Notes under the pieces: model-generated
The model's database searches: none
The model's input: the letters and a program-made list of their open reading frames with translations, nothing else
What the model was told of the DNA's origin: nothing
Origin: Lama glama
Lineage: Eukaryota
Direction of reading: 5' to 3'
Assembly (NCBI GenBank): GCA_028534125.1
Contig: CM052818.1
Location: forward strand, 17,548,001 to 17,608,000
Length of the DNA stretch: 60,000 nucleotides
Made by a program: the position numbers and the translations under genes
Shown here: positions 25,231 through 36,075 of the stretch, one piece after another
Position numbering within the stretch: position 1 is the stretch's first letter
Layout: every line of letters begins with the position of its first letter

Positions 25231-27116
25231 GGAATAATGACTCATTTCTGATGGTGGGAATGCTCTAGCATGAGAAGCAGCCCAAGGAGCCATGTAATTA
25301 TAAAGTCATCAGGAGGGTTATCACAGTGTGAACTGATATGAGTGCTAGTCAACAAAGAAGTCCATAGAGCAAAGGGTGTGTGTTTTTGAAAATATTTTAG
25401 GTTTGCTTATCAAAGTATGTACATAAATATGTTCATTTCATAAATCAGGTATAAGCAAAAAACACATATTCATCAATAATCACACTGGTCTAAGATAACC
25501 AATTGAATTTTAGTGTATTTTTCCAAATATACATGTATACAAGCACACAAAAAGAGAACATAAATTGTACACACTTATTGAAAATGAAGATAAGCTTGAA
25601 AATTAAGCAATTTATCCTTTTTTAAAAGTTGCCAAATATCAACAAATATATTCACGCAGGATAAAATATTATTTTATAACATTTTAATACTTTCATAATA
25701 CAGAGAAATACATATCAATGTTTTTATTAAACTTTATATTTGGTTCCACTTTGATATTTACAATTTCAATTAGATACTAATAATATGAAATATTTTCAGT
25801 CATATAAAACTTCAGAGGTCAAGTTGATGAAGTCTAAGTAACAGTTCTTTTCTAGTTATCTAAAAGTACATGACAAATATTCTGGTGGGTTTCTTGTGGT
25901 AAGTATAGTGTGTAATAAGGCTAGCGTGAGAAAACACCAATTATCCTAAATCTGAGAAAAAATTTATATGTTTTGTCTTCCCTAGCAAAATGCTCTAGTC
26001 GTTTTTTTGTGGACAGTACATTTCTTTCACCTCTGTGTCCTTATCTGACCTATTGCCAAAATGTCTTAGCTCAAAATCACATGTTAATTTTCATAGACTA
26101 GAAAAACTTCTTGCAATATACACAGTTGAGCACTGAAATGGCATCCTGGATTCTTCCTAAGTGCTTTATAGATCAAGAAAACACTCATCTATTTGCAAGC
26201 ATTATTCAAGGTCAATTTAAAGTATGTTTCTATCAGATAACTCTTTGTTCAAAGAATCAAGGCTCCCACTTAATTTAGTGCTATGAATAGGGACCGCTCT
26301 TTGTGGCTTATATTTGTTCCTTAAGCTCTCATGCCTTCTTTAGAATAGTCTAATGAAAAGCAAATATTTGAGTATATAATTTTTTTCAAATGTTATACAC
26401 ATCAGTATGTTAAGCTTTAAATGAAACCGAAGGACACGCAAATAAAGTCACTTTTGTCAAAGCCTTTTCCTATAATAACATATTTGGTGATGCAAGATGT
26501 GTTCCCTTGTGATGTCCAAGTGTTTGATGAACCAATTTGTGTGGAATATACAAGAACTATTCAGACTTTGTGGTTTCCGTAAATGAGATGAATAAGGATT
26601 TCTCTTTTCTGAATAGGACATCACGTATACTAGGTCTATTTTAGATGCTTCAGTGTGCCAAGGACGGTATGAAGTTTGGTGTTCATAAATTACTAATCTG
26701 GAATAAGGTTGAATGTATTTTGAAAACTTAAACCTGTTTCACCTGAACATGTTTAACTAGTTAATAGGAAACACCAAAAAAGACAAAACCCTGAGATCAA
26801 TGGTCATTTTTTTGGTAAAGCTATTCTATGCTGTTTAAATTGGTTGTTCGGGTCTGTCTATAACATAAGTTTTAATAACCTAGCTCAAATGCAGATTTCT
26901 AATTTTCAATTAACATAGGAATAATTTTGTTTGCTAAAATAAAATAAATTGAATGAATGACAAGTCTGAGACATGAAATGTTCTAGGTAGAACTTTTTAA
27001 AATTTCCAAATTTCAAAAAATCATGTGGCAACTGTATAGCTCAAGCTTTAAGTATTAACTTTTAACCTTTGACCTTACAGATTTTAACCAATGAAATGTC
27101 TCTTTAAACTTTAAAG

Positions 27117-27206
27117 GAAACAATGATAACGAGCGCCTGGCGATTGCTAGACAGCGAATTCCATATCGACTTGGTCGAGTAGTTGATGAATGGCTACTCG
27201 ACAAAG
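27117..27206 (+). CDS. NRXN1: Neurexin-1 alternative splice site 4 (AS4/SS4) cassette exon, 90 nt, 30-aa insert in LNS6
   Basis: Acceptor tttaaag|GAAAC, donor ACAAAG|gtaaaa; phase 1-1, so frame-preserving. Translates to (G)[29 protein letters not shown](G), the recognised NRXN1 AS4 insert. Too short for the ORF track. Confidence 0.98.
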
Positions 27207-27345
27207 GTAAAAAACATTGATTAAAACTTCAAATAAAAAAATAATTTGAACATAACCAAGTAGTACTTCATTGTAACACTAATAAACATAAAAAATAAAT
27301 TTTCCGTAAAACTAAATTAAAATCAAATTTAAAACAGTAAAATGT
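27207..27345 (+). promoter_or_regulatory. AU-rich U(U/A)AA cluster, candidate STAR-protein (SAM68/SLM1/SLM2) splicing element controlling AS4
   Basis: About 11 TAAA motifs in ~135 nt directly after the AS4 donor. KHDRBS proteins are established regulators of neurexin AS4 through intronic U(U/A)AA motifs. Confidence 0.7.
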
Positions 27346-28593
27346 AGATAGCAATATTTGCATTCCTTGTATAATAATTTCTATACATTTTTAGACGTAC
27401 CAGCTGTTTAATAATCTTACCCTGTTAACTTAAGGTTAAAGGGACTGTTAAATATAATCCACTAACTCAATCTATGAAGGTACTCACAAGCAAGCATTAA
27501 CCCAAAATGATAAATCATTCATAGATTATATGACATGTTCCAGCCTCTAAATTATTAACTAAAATATATGTAGTTCTGATATCTTTATTACGGTCCTGAG
27601 CAAAAAAAACAGAAACAAAAACAAAAAACTCTTGGTTTAAACTCTAGGCATCTTAAATAGTGGGCAATATGGATTGCCAGTCAAAATGAAGTCCCTTTAA
27701 CGTTTGCAACCTTCTAAGAGCATTTGGGAACAAGCCCTAATTAAAACTGAACTTAAAGTCGTGTGCATGCTTTTTATGAGCAGAGGGCAATCTGCTAAAA
27801 CTGGATACTCAATTTGATGATATTGGTACTGTTGCTGAGGATTGCTATTTGATGGAAATGTGCCATAATTTCTCCATCGGTTTGTGTATCATTCCTGAAG
27901 CTGCTTTTTACATCTGAAGCTATTTTGTTTTTTCATTTTGTTTTAACAGACTTGCTGAAAGCCAATCAGAAAAATATTTTTTGATTTTTCTTTTGTCTCT
28001 GACACGCTTAGCGTAAACTATGCGTTTCTTTTCAGTGTAATTATCAGAAAAATAGAATAATTCAAATAACAGTGGACTATTGCCTTCAAAAAATAAACAT
28101 TTCTAAAGAAGAGCATATAGATACATGTGGCCATTATGTGCACTATGAAATTTTTACTATAAATTTAAAATCAGATTTCAGCTGCTATAGCTTAGTTTCT
28201 GTCAGTGGTAATTGTAGAATGACAAATACTTGAAATGTTAGACTTCTCACATTTTTTTTTAATTTAAAAGTTTAGACTTGAGAGACTAATAGCATAAGCT
28301 CTTGAGGTAAAAGGGGAAAGGGATCCACTAAAAATTTATTTATAATACATATCTTTGATTGGTCTTTTAGCAAAAGCACTACATTTACAATAAGTTGAGA
28401 ATTTACAAGTATTTGCCAATGATTATGCATTTCATGGACACCTCATTTATAAGCAATGAATTATGAGTCAAATGCCTCTCTTATAGTTTATTGCTCTCAT
28501 TATCCACCCCATGAAAGATCTGTTTTATCATCCTTTGTAGAATGTAGAGTTCACAATCAACATTTTTGCATGTATGTAATATTATTTTTACAG
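27207..28593 (+). other. NRXN1: NRXN1 intron between AS4 exon and next constitutive exon (1387 nt)
   Basis: GT...AG boundaries, compatible phase 1, no recognisable transposons. Confidence 0.95.
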
Positions 28594-28913
28594 GGCGTCA
28601 GCTCACAATCTTCAATAGCCAAGCAACCATAATAATTGGCGGGAAAGAGCAGGGCCAGCCCTTCCAGGGGCAGCTCTCTGGGCTTTACTACAATGGCTTG
28701 AAAGTTCTGAATATGGCAGCCGAAAATGATGCCAACATCGCCATAGTGGGAAATGTGAGACTGGTTGGTGAAGTGCCTTCCTCTATGACAACTGAGTCGA
28801 CAGCCACTGCCATGCAGTCAGAGATGTCCACGTCAATTATGGAGACCACCACGACCCTGGCTACTAGCACAGCCAGAAGAGGAAAGCCCCCTACAAAAGA
28901 ACCCGTCAGTCAG
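28594..28913 (+). CDS. NRXN1: Neurexin-1 constitutive exon downstream of AS4 (320 nt): C-terminal part of LNS6 plus O-glycosylated Ser/Thr-rich stalk
   Basis: Acceptor atttttacag|GGCGT, donor CAG|gtaagt; phase 1-0. Peptide [107 protein letters not shown] lies within ORF 28566..29009 and matches NRXN1. Confidence 0.98.
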
Positions 28914-29629
28914 GTAAGTACACGGGTTTCTTTTCTTCATCGTGGACCTGTGATTACAAAAGTGGATTTTTCTGCATATGTATCTTTTCTAGAATGGTAT
29001 TGTTTCTGATCTCAGGCATGATGGCTCTATTGAGACTTGCTTAATATAATGGACTCAGTTGGAAGATGAAATGTGGATATGCTGTTGGTTTGAGGTTTGT
29101 GGACTTTTATAAACTGCTTTGTGTTGGTTTGTGAGTGGCTCGCTGATAGTTTTGATTCAATAACCTTGGTCCAACCCAAGCTCAGAGGATTGTGTGCTAA
29201 TTACACAGGGTTTTCAGTTTTTAGGTTAAATGAACAAGTAGATTAATGAAGTATTTGAAAGGTCTTGTTTGTTCAAGCTCAGCACTTCATTAAAATAAAA
29301 TAAAAGTAAGGTTAAAAATCTTAAAAAAGGAATTGCCTACAGTACTTCTGTTGTATTTTGAAGTCTTAAAATTTTGAATTGGTAGCCAAGTATCTCTCAT
29401 GGTGAATAGTAAGTCTGCTCTTTTACTGTGTATGGAAAAAAGCAGTGTTAGTTTATCTGAGGACAAAGACTCAAAATATGATACTTTAAAAATGTCTTGG
29501 ACCACATATTTTATATGATGTTTGGCTAACTGCTCTCATCCAGAATTCACTTCAGTGTGCTTATTTTTCAATCTTACATCTAACATTTTGAAAGACTGAC
29601 ATTTTCAATGTCACATTTATACAACTAGG

Positions 29630-29750
29630 AACTATATTTATTCAATCAAGATATACTTATTGGTTGTCTACTATGTATCAGGCACTGGTCTAGGTGTTGG
29701 TGTTATATCAATGAAGAAGAAGAAAAAAAAACTTATCTCAGAGCTTACTT
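29630..29750 (-). mobile_element. L2 3' end
   Basis: ttattcaatcaag...ttattggttgtctactatgtatcaggcactggtctaggtgttgg. Confidence 0.7.
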
Positions 29751-30384
29751 TTTAAAAAGGCTTTTAGAATGCTATTGAAATGCTGTTAAATACTCTTAGA
29801 TCTCTGTTGACATTTATAGCCTTTGAATATACTCTGTTGTTAAGGCTTTCAGAGTTGTGTGTTCTTCTTGGACCCAAACTGGTTGTTTCCTTTAGTTTTG
29901 TTTTTAATAATTAGTGTTTCTAGTAGATGCCTTATAAAGTTTTTCCAAATATATGATTCTTACTTTTCTAGAAAACCACATTCTAAAGAAGCAAGAATGA
30001 CAATAATTATTTTTAAATCACTTTTATTTCAAATGTTTGAAACAGATCAAGTGTCACATTTAGAAAGAGGACAAGAATGTGAATTCTGTTCAGATCAGCT
30101 CCCTGTCTACTAATTAACATTTGTTTACCAGAGAAAGAAGAAAACAGATTCTGATTTTTACTTCCAATAGGAAGGGGTGGGAAGAACAGAATAGAGGAAG
30201 AGAAGAATGTCCTAGAGAAAGAGAGATGACCAAACAATTATAAATTTTGTATATTCATAAATATAATATTGCATATTATACACCTATATGCATCATTTTG
30301 TTTCTTTCTTCTCTCTCCCCTTCCTTTTTTTTTTTTTAATTTGCATTTGACCACAAAGTAAAACAAGCTGGCTATCTCACAGGG

Positions 30385-30500
30385 TATCCATCAGTAAATA
30401 TTTATTGATCACTCTAACATGTGCCATGCACTTTTTCAAGCACTGGAGATACAATTAGGAACAACAAACAGAAAACCCTGCCCTTATGAAATATACATTT
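30385..30500 (-). mobile_element. L2 3' end
   Basis: cagtaaatatttattgatcactc...atgtgccatgcact...gcactggagataca...ccctgcccttatg. Confidence 0.7.
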
Positions 30501-32268
30501 GAGTAAGAATGTGTGCTTAGAGTATAATCGTTTCGTTGATTTTTCTCTATCATGTTTGGGTTTAGATGATTGTTGATAATTGCACTTAGCCCCTTAGATA
30601 AAGACTTGTGACTTTGGACAGATTTATGCATGCCCAACAGCTCTGTTTGATATTCATTTTAATATGTCACTAATGACTTGTTGCTCTGGTTATTGGTTTA
30701 TGGTTTATTTAAAATAAGCATGTTATTAAGGTAAATCTGATACAGGAAAAATGAAACACAAGCAACTGATAGATTGTTTTCTTTATGTAAAATAATTCAA
30801 AAGAGGACACTGGGACATTCAGAGTTGGAAATGTTCTGTGAATACAATTTAAAATAATCAGATATTTTTCTTAGTAGTCTTGTTTCGTCATTAATGAAAT
30901 TATAGTTGCTTAAGTTCCTAGGTAAACCATGTGTATCCCTAAATAAGGAAAGAATTATCAGCCTTATTTTTATGCATTTTATTAATTAGTAATTGCTTTG
31001 TATTAAGAAATTATGTTTTTTAAGGAAACATGTAAAATAGCTGTTTCATTTGCAAGTTAAACATCTAAAAATGAAGAAATTAAAATTTATGCGTTTTATA
31101 ATATTAACTAAAGGAAAACAGTTAAACTGCCCATTAATTGCCCATGAAAAGACTCTCTTTTATTATAAACTATAACATGTTTAAAGACAGCAGTGGTTTA
31201 TAGAAGTAAGTGATCTAATCAGTTGGTGATTACTAGGTTCATTTGAGGAGGTATTGACTTAAATAAAAGATTACTAGGTTAATTAAAAAATAGGCCTTTT
31301 AAATCTTTAGATTTTTAACAGGCCAATAACAGCAATTAAATAATTTGGGTTAATAAATATGCTACAAATATTCAATTGTGGCAACAGTGTTTTAAAGTTG
31401 GACTAAGAGTTTTTAAAATTCTTTTTTATAAGGCTATATGATTACAGGTAATAAAAAGTGCATGTATGGGGGGAACTACTAGGAAAGAAAGTAAATTATT
31501 CATTTTTGAGTAACAGAATAATTTGTGGTAAATTTTCTTCACCTCACAATTGATTTTTAACTTGCCCTTCAACTATAAGGAGATTACTGATTTATGTAGA
31601 ATTTAAATGTTTATTAGAGTTGTCAAAGTCTTGGAAGTTTAAATATGAAAGTGATTTGTAATGCTAATCCCAAGACTAACCTTTGACCCATTTTTGCAGG
31701 TTGGATGAGGCATCTTCCATTAAACCCTATTCATAGTGGCCCCATATCTGCCTGCTTCTATCAACTGCCTTACTAAATTGCATAGCAGGAAGGGTCATTT
31801 TATTTTTCAAAAGCCATACTAGACTGTTTTCTCAGTCAAAGTGTATTTTCCTCAGCGATCACACAGAGCCACTTAAGCTACAATAGCAATGTACCTTAGG
31901 GTGATTGCATGTTTTAGAACTATGGAAACAGATTTTTGGTCAAGCAGGATTAAATTGGATTCATTTCAGATAGAGGAGATGAGATTTGTTCAGCCATCCT
32001 GCAGGGCAAGTAGTAGGGGGGAAATACATTTTCAGTTTTCCCATAGTCAAAGAATATAAAAGAGTATGCACAAAATCTCATCCCATAAGATTCTGTTTAC
32101 ATTCCTCTTTAAAAGTAAATATGCTTTAAAAAGAAAAAAAGAAAAGAAGTTTTTCTCCCCTGAATAATGATCAATTTAAAGACTGATATTAACATTAGAA
32201 AGACATGAGTTATGTCATGAGATATGACATATGAGATTTACCAACCCTTCTGATTAACTGGCTTTTTT

Positions 32269-32429
32269 AAAATTTAATTTAATTTTTTATTGTTTTTTGG
32301 CATAGAGGTTATTAGATAAGTAGATAGATAGATAGATTGATTGATTGATTTTAACAGAGGTACTGGGGATTGAACCCAGGACCTCATGCATGCTAAGCAC
32401 ACAATCTACCCCTGAGCTATACCCTCCCC
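32269..32429 (-). mobile_element. tRNA-derived SINE, Vic-1-like (camelid), near full length
   Basis: Minus strand reads ggggagggtatagctcaggggtag (A box)...gaggtcctgggttcaatccccagtacctc (B box), then (AATC)/(TATC) repeats and an A-rich tail; imperfect TSD aactggctttt / aagtggctttt. Confidence 0.88.
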
Positions 32430-32964
32430 ACAAGTGGCTTTTCTTAATGTGAATATAACAATAGTAATGATACTTTTATGTGGATGGCATAAAGTTGATA
32501 AAAATTTGTTTTACTTATATTTCATATCTCAAGGGTTCCATAAGAAACCCCATCTTATGGGTTTCCATAAGACATGCTCATTCTAAAAAAGGCTAATCTC
32601 AGAAAGTGAATACTTGTGAATAATTCACAGCATAAAATTCCTTAGGATGCTGAGAGCATCTTGGGATTTTTGATGGCAAAGTATTCCCTCCTCTTCTAAA
32701 TAATCTCGCAGCGTCTTGCAACATAGATGTGGATTTATATAAGTGAGTAAAAGTAAGTCAACATGCAAAGGGCATTGTTCACTCCCTTTGGTTGCCAATT
32801 TGTAAAGAAAGTGAATTGTTTCTTTTAAGATCAAGATTGTGACATTTTTTCTAGTCTGTGCGGTGTATCACATTTTGTGATTTTGTGGTTCTTTTCTTCA
32901 AGAATATTTTATAAGTTACATACGTCCTGTAGAGAATACAGATCCATAGTGATGTCTTTTGCTT

Positions 32965-33160
32965 GGAGAAAGTATGGTGTAAGAGACAGATCACAGTACA
33001 TTAGGAGACCTGGTTTCCAATTTCAAGCCAGCCACCTACCTTTTTGTGTAGCTTGGGCAGGTTGGTCAGCCTCGCTGCACTTTGGACTTGCTGTCTCTCT
33101 AAAATAAGTGAGTTTAACTAGGAATCTCTTGCCCTGTATTCAGCTCAAAAATTCATGGTC
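32965..33160 (+). mobile_element. MIR3-like SINE
   Basis: aggagacctggtttccaatttc...gcttgggcagg...aactaggaatctct...cagctcaaaaattc. Confidence 0.55.
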
Positions 33161-34544
33161 TGTAGTGACGATTGGGTCTTCTGATGCCTATTTAACAAAG
33201 CATAGTTCTCACCCTTGCCTTTCACGCAGGGTGGCCGTGCATCTCAGTTGGCCTGTATAGTCTTCCTGTGTACCTGGTGTACCAATGTAATTATTAGTAT
33301 CCTTTTTTTCACTCTCAAAAGCATCTCATTTTGGTCTAAAATACATTGCGCTCTACTTCTTACAGCATATATAAAATCTACCTTTGCCAGAAAATTGTGC
33401 TTCATAAGAATAATAAATAGTGAAGCCCTATCCTTTTCTTTACACACAGAACAGAAACTGACTGGCATCCTTACCTAGTTTCAAGTATCCGTAGCCTTTT
33501 TCATCTTCTTTTCATCTCATTTCAAAAATCTTGAGAAAGGAGTGAGAATAAGGCTTTGAGAGATTCCAGTTTTTGACTGGAGTGACTAGAGTTTGCAACT
33601 CTGAGTAAGAAATTAAATTGTGGGGCAGGATCAGTAAATATTAAGTGAAATGTATTGGAGCAATTCAGTGGTTCTAGTTAGGCTTTTTCCAGAGTGGAGT
33701 TAGCAAACCTACTCAAGAAAAGGAACCACTGAACATTTTAAAATATTGGTAGGTTGTCAGGACGTGCATCTCATAGATGCCATGTCCTACTGAAGCCAGT
33801 GGCATTTGATTCCCATAGAATGTCCCAAAAAGAATCCTGATTAGTATTCAAGCAAGAAAAGAGCATTTGAATATGTTGGGCACTGCTATTGCTTCCTGGC
33901 CGCTGTGGAGATACTCATAAAAAATTAATACTATTTGTTTGAAAAATGTAAGCAGAGTGTGCACATATTTCCATGAAAAATATGTAAAACTAACAAAATA
34001 CGTTTTGTTACTTCAAAGAACAAAATTTTATTTTTTTCTTAAAAAATTAATTAACCTTAGCTATGGCTTCATTATTAAAAACGAATTGCATTACTCATAA
34101 TTATGTGTGTTCCTGATAACCACTCTGCATTTTAAAATACTTGTGACATGAATAATTAATTTTATTTTCCCTAGTCCAATCATTCTGCTGAATTTACTTA
34201 ATGTACATTTTTACTGCAAATTTTAGTGCATATTGAAAAGAAAAATACTTGGGTGTAGATTTTAAAATATATATATAAAGGTATTCTGAAACTAATGGTG
34301 CCAGGTAAGAAAAGTATGATTCATTGTAATTTTAAATGTATTTAGAAGGTATTTTTACCCTTAACTGGTGGTAAGCAAAAGTGCTACGATATGTATTTTT
34401 TAAGAATTTATTTTAAGAAAATTATTGTGCTCAGTGCATTTTCTTTTGGGGTCTGGAAGTTTCCACTGGATGAAATGGTGCTCTGTTGGTATATGCAACC
34501 TTGGTTTTGAAATGTCTTTGGACAAGGCTAGTTCTAGACAGATA

Positions 34545-34760
34545 TATCCATCCATTCACACATCCATCCATCCATCCATCTGCTTAACTATAGGACTGAG
34601 GACTTAACTATATACCAGGCAAGGTTCTAGGCAAGGTTCTATAAAGCACTGATAAACTTACATTTCCCTGTACAAAGCTCACATTCTAGTTAGGGAAGAT
34701 AGACAATAAACATTATAACAGCATACATGGCATGTCAAGTGCTTAGGGAAAAAAGCAGAG
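34545..34760 (-). mobile_element. L2 3' end with (CATC)n tail
   Basis: (CATC)n then actgaggactt...ccaggcaaggttctaggc...gctcacattctagt...agacaataaac. Confidence 0.6.
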
Positions 34761-34939
34761 AAGAGGAGCTGCTTTTTGGAAGGGGCATAAAATGGGAATC
34801 TTTGTTGAATAGATGTACAAAGATGATTAGTGATATGGCATCAATTATAAAAGAGCATTGGCATATTAAAATTGAGACATATTCCCAGATTTAGTGGGAT
34901 GGTACCCTGTGTTGATGGTGCCAGTGGTGACACCAAGAT

Positions 34940-34990
34940 TTATCTTTTCTTCTTTTCTTTTCTTTTCTTTTCTTTTTCTTTTTTTTTTTC
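34940..34990. repeat. (CTTTT)n/poly(T) polypyrimidine tract ending in CAG
   Basis: About 48 consecutive pyrimidines followed by AG at 34991-34992. Confidence 0.9.
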
Positions 34991-35859
34991 AGTTGAGCCG
35001 CTTTTGGGCAGGGGCCAGGTGGGTGGAGTGTGAAGTTTCCCAGGAAGGCAAAGAGGGCACAGTTGGATCCCACAGGATGTGTTATGTGGCTTCAGGTGTA
35101 TGAAAGCAAAATGTGTGGGTCCAGATGGAGGGGCAGGGAGAGCATGGGCTGCGATGCACTGAGCATCAGGGGTGGCTAGAAGAATGGCTGAATCAGGCCT
35201 CAGGCTCCGCTGCTGAGTTGGCTCTTCCCAGAGGAAACCCCATCTCTCAGGTCTTGGTAGTTCTGGCAAGAGAAGTGCTGGCAGAGAAGTCCCAGATGAG
35301 AAACACTTGGGTGCCCCAGGTTCCAGACTCATCAATATAGAATCTGGATCATGCTACCTGTGAAGGAAACCCCAGTCGTTACCAATGCTGCCTCCCCCGA
35401 TCCCCACTTAAAGTCACAGTGAGGTGGCACCTCACCCCAGGCGCCTGGCCAGGTGAAGGGGAGTAGGCTCTGGCCTGAAGTCTGCGCAGGAACAGAATGG
35501 AGAGCTCAGAACAGGGTGAGTGAATTGCGCATGCCCTGCCCTGTGTGGGCCTAAGGACACAAGACACCAAATGACTGTTTTGTTAACTAAGTCAGAAAAG
35601 TCATCAAATTTGAGGGTATATACGGTGCGAGGAAGGAATGAAGATCTAAAGTACAGCTTGGTATTAGTCTTATCCTACACATGGGAAGACTGAGACTCAG
35701 AGAAACTAAATAACTTCCCCAAGGCTACGCAGCCAGCTTCTTTTCAGAGTACTTGAAGATGATCGCTGCCCTTAACTATGGCGTCTGTTCAGACTCTCAT
35801 CACTTCCTGCCTTCTCATATTCTTAACTAGCTCAGTGTGATCTCCACCCAGATGTCAGG

Positions 35860-36075
35860 TGTGTCCAGGCACAGACTCCAGGAGCCTGAATGCCTACTTC
35901 AGCCTCAGCCTTGCCTTCCCCGCATACCGGCTTTGTGTCGAGGCAGATTACTTACCCTCTCATACCTCCGTCCCCCACCTATGAAATAGGGATTATGGTT
36001 TCATAAGCTTACTTTGAGAATTAAATGAGTCAGTACAGTGTGTGGACTCTATAAAATCACTGCTATTTGATCATT
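35860..36075 (+). mobile_element. MIR SINE
   Basis: cacagactccaggagcc...ggcagattacttaccctctc...atgaaatagggat...gagaattaaatgagt. Confidence 0.7.

Larger units (their letters stand above)
1..27116 (+). other. NRXN1: NRXN1 intron upstream of the AS4 exon (3' part; preceding exon is outside the window)
   Basis: No neurexin-coding sequence found upstream; ends in AG at 27115-27116; repeat-rich. Confidence 0.85.

Noticed and set aside
28566..29009. 147-aa ORF as a stand-alone gene
   Set aside because: It is the internal NRXN1 exon plus intronic flanks; the start is not ATG and canonical splice sites bound the neurexin part.
32355..32429. tRNA-like A and B boxes as a tRNA gene
   Set aside because: It has an A-rich tail, a TSD and diverged sibling copies; it is a SINE head.
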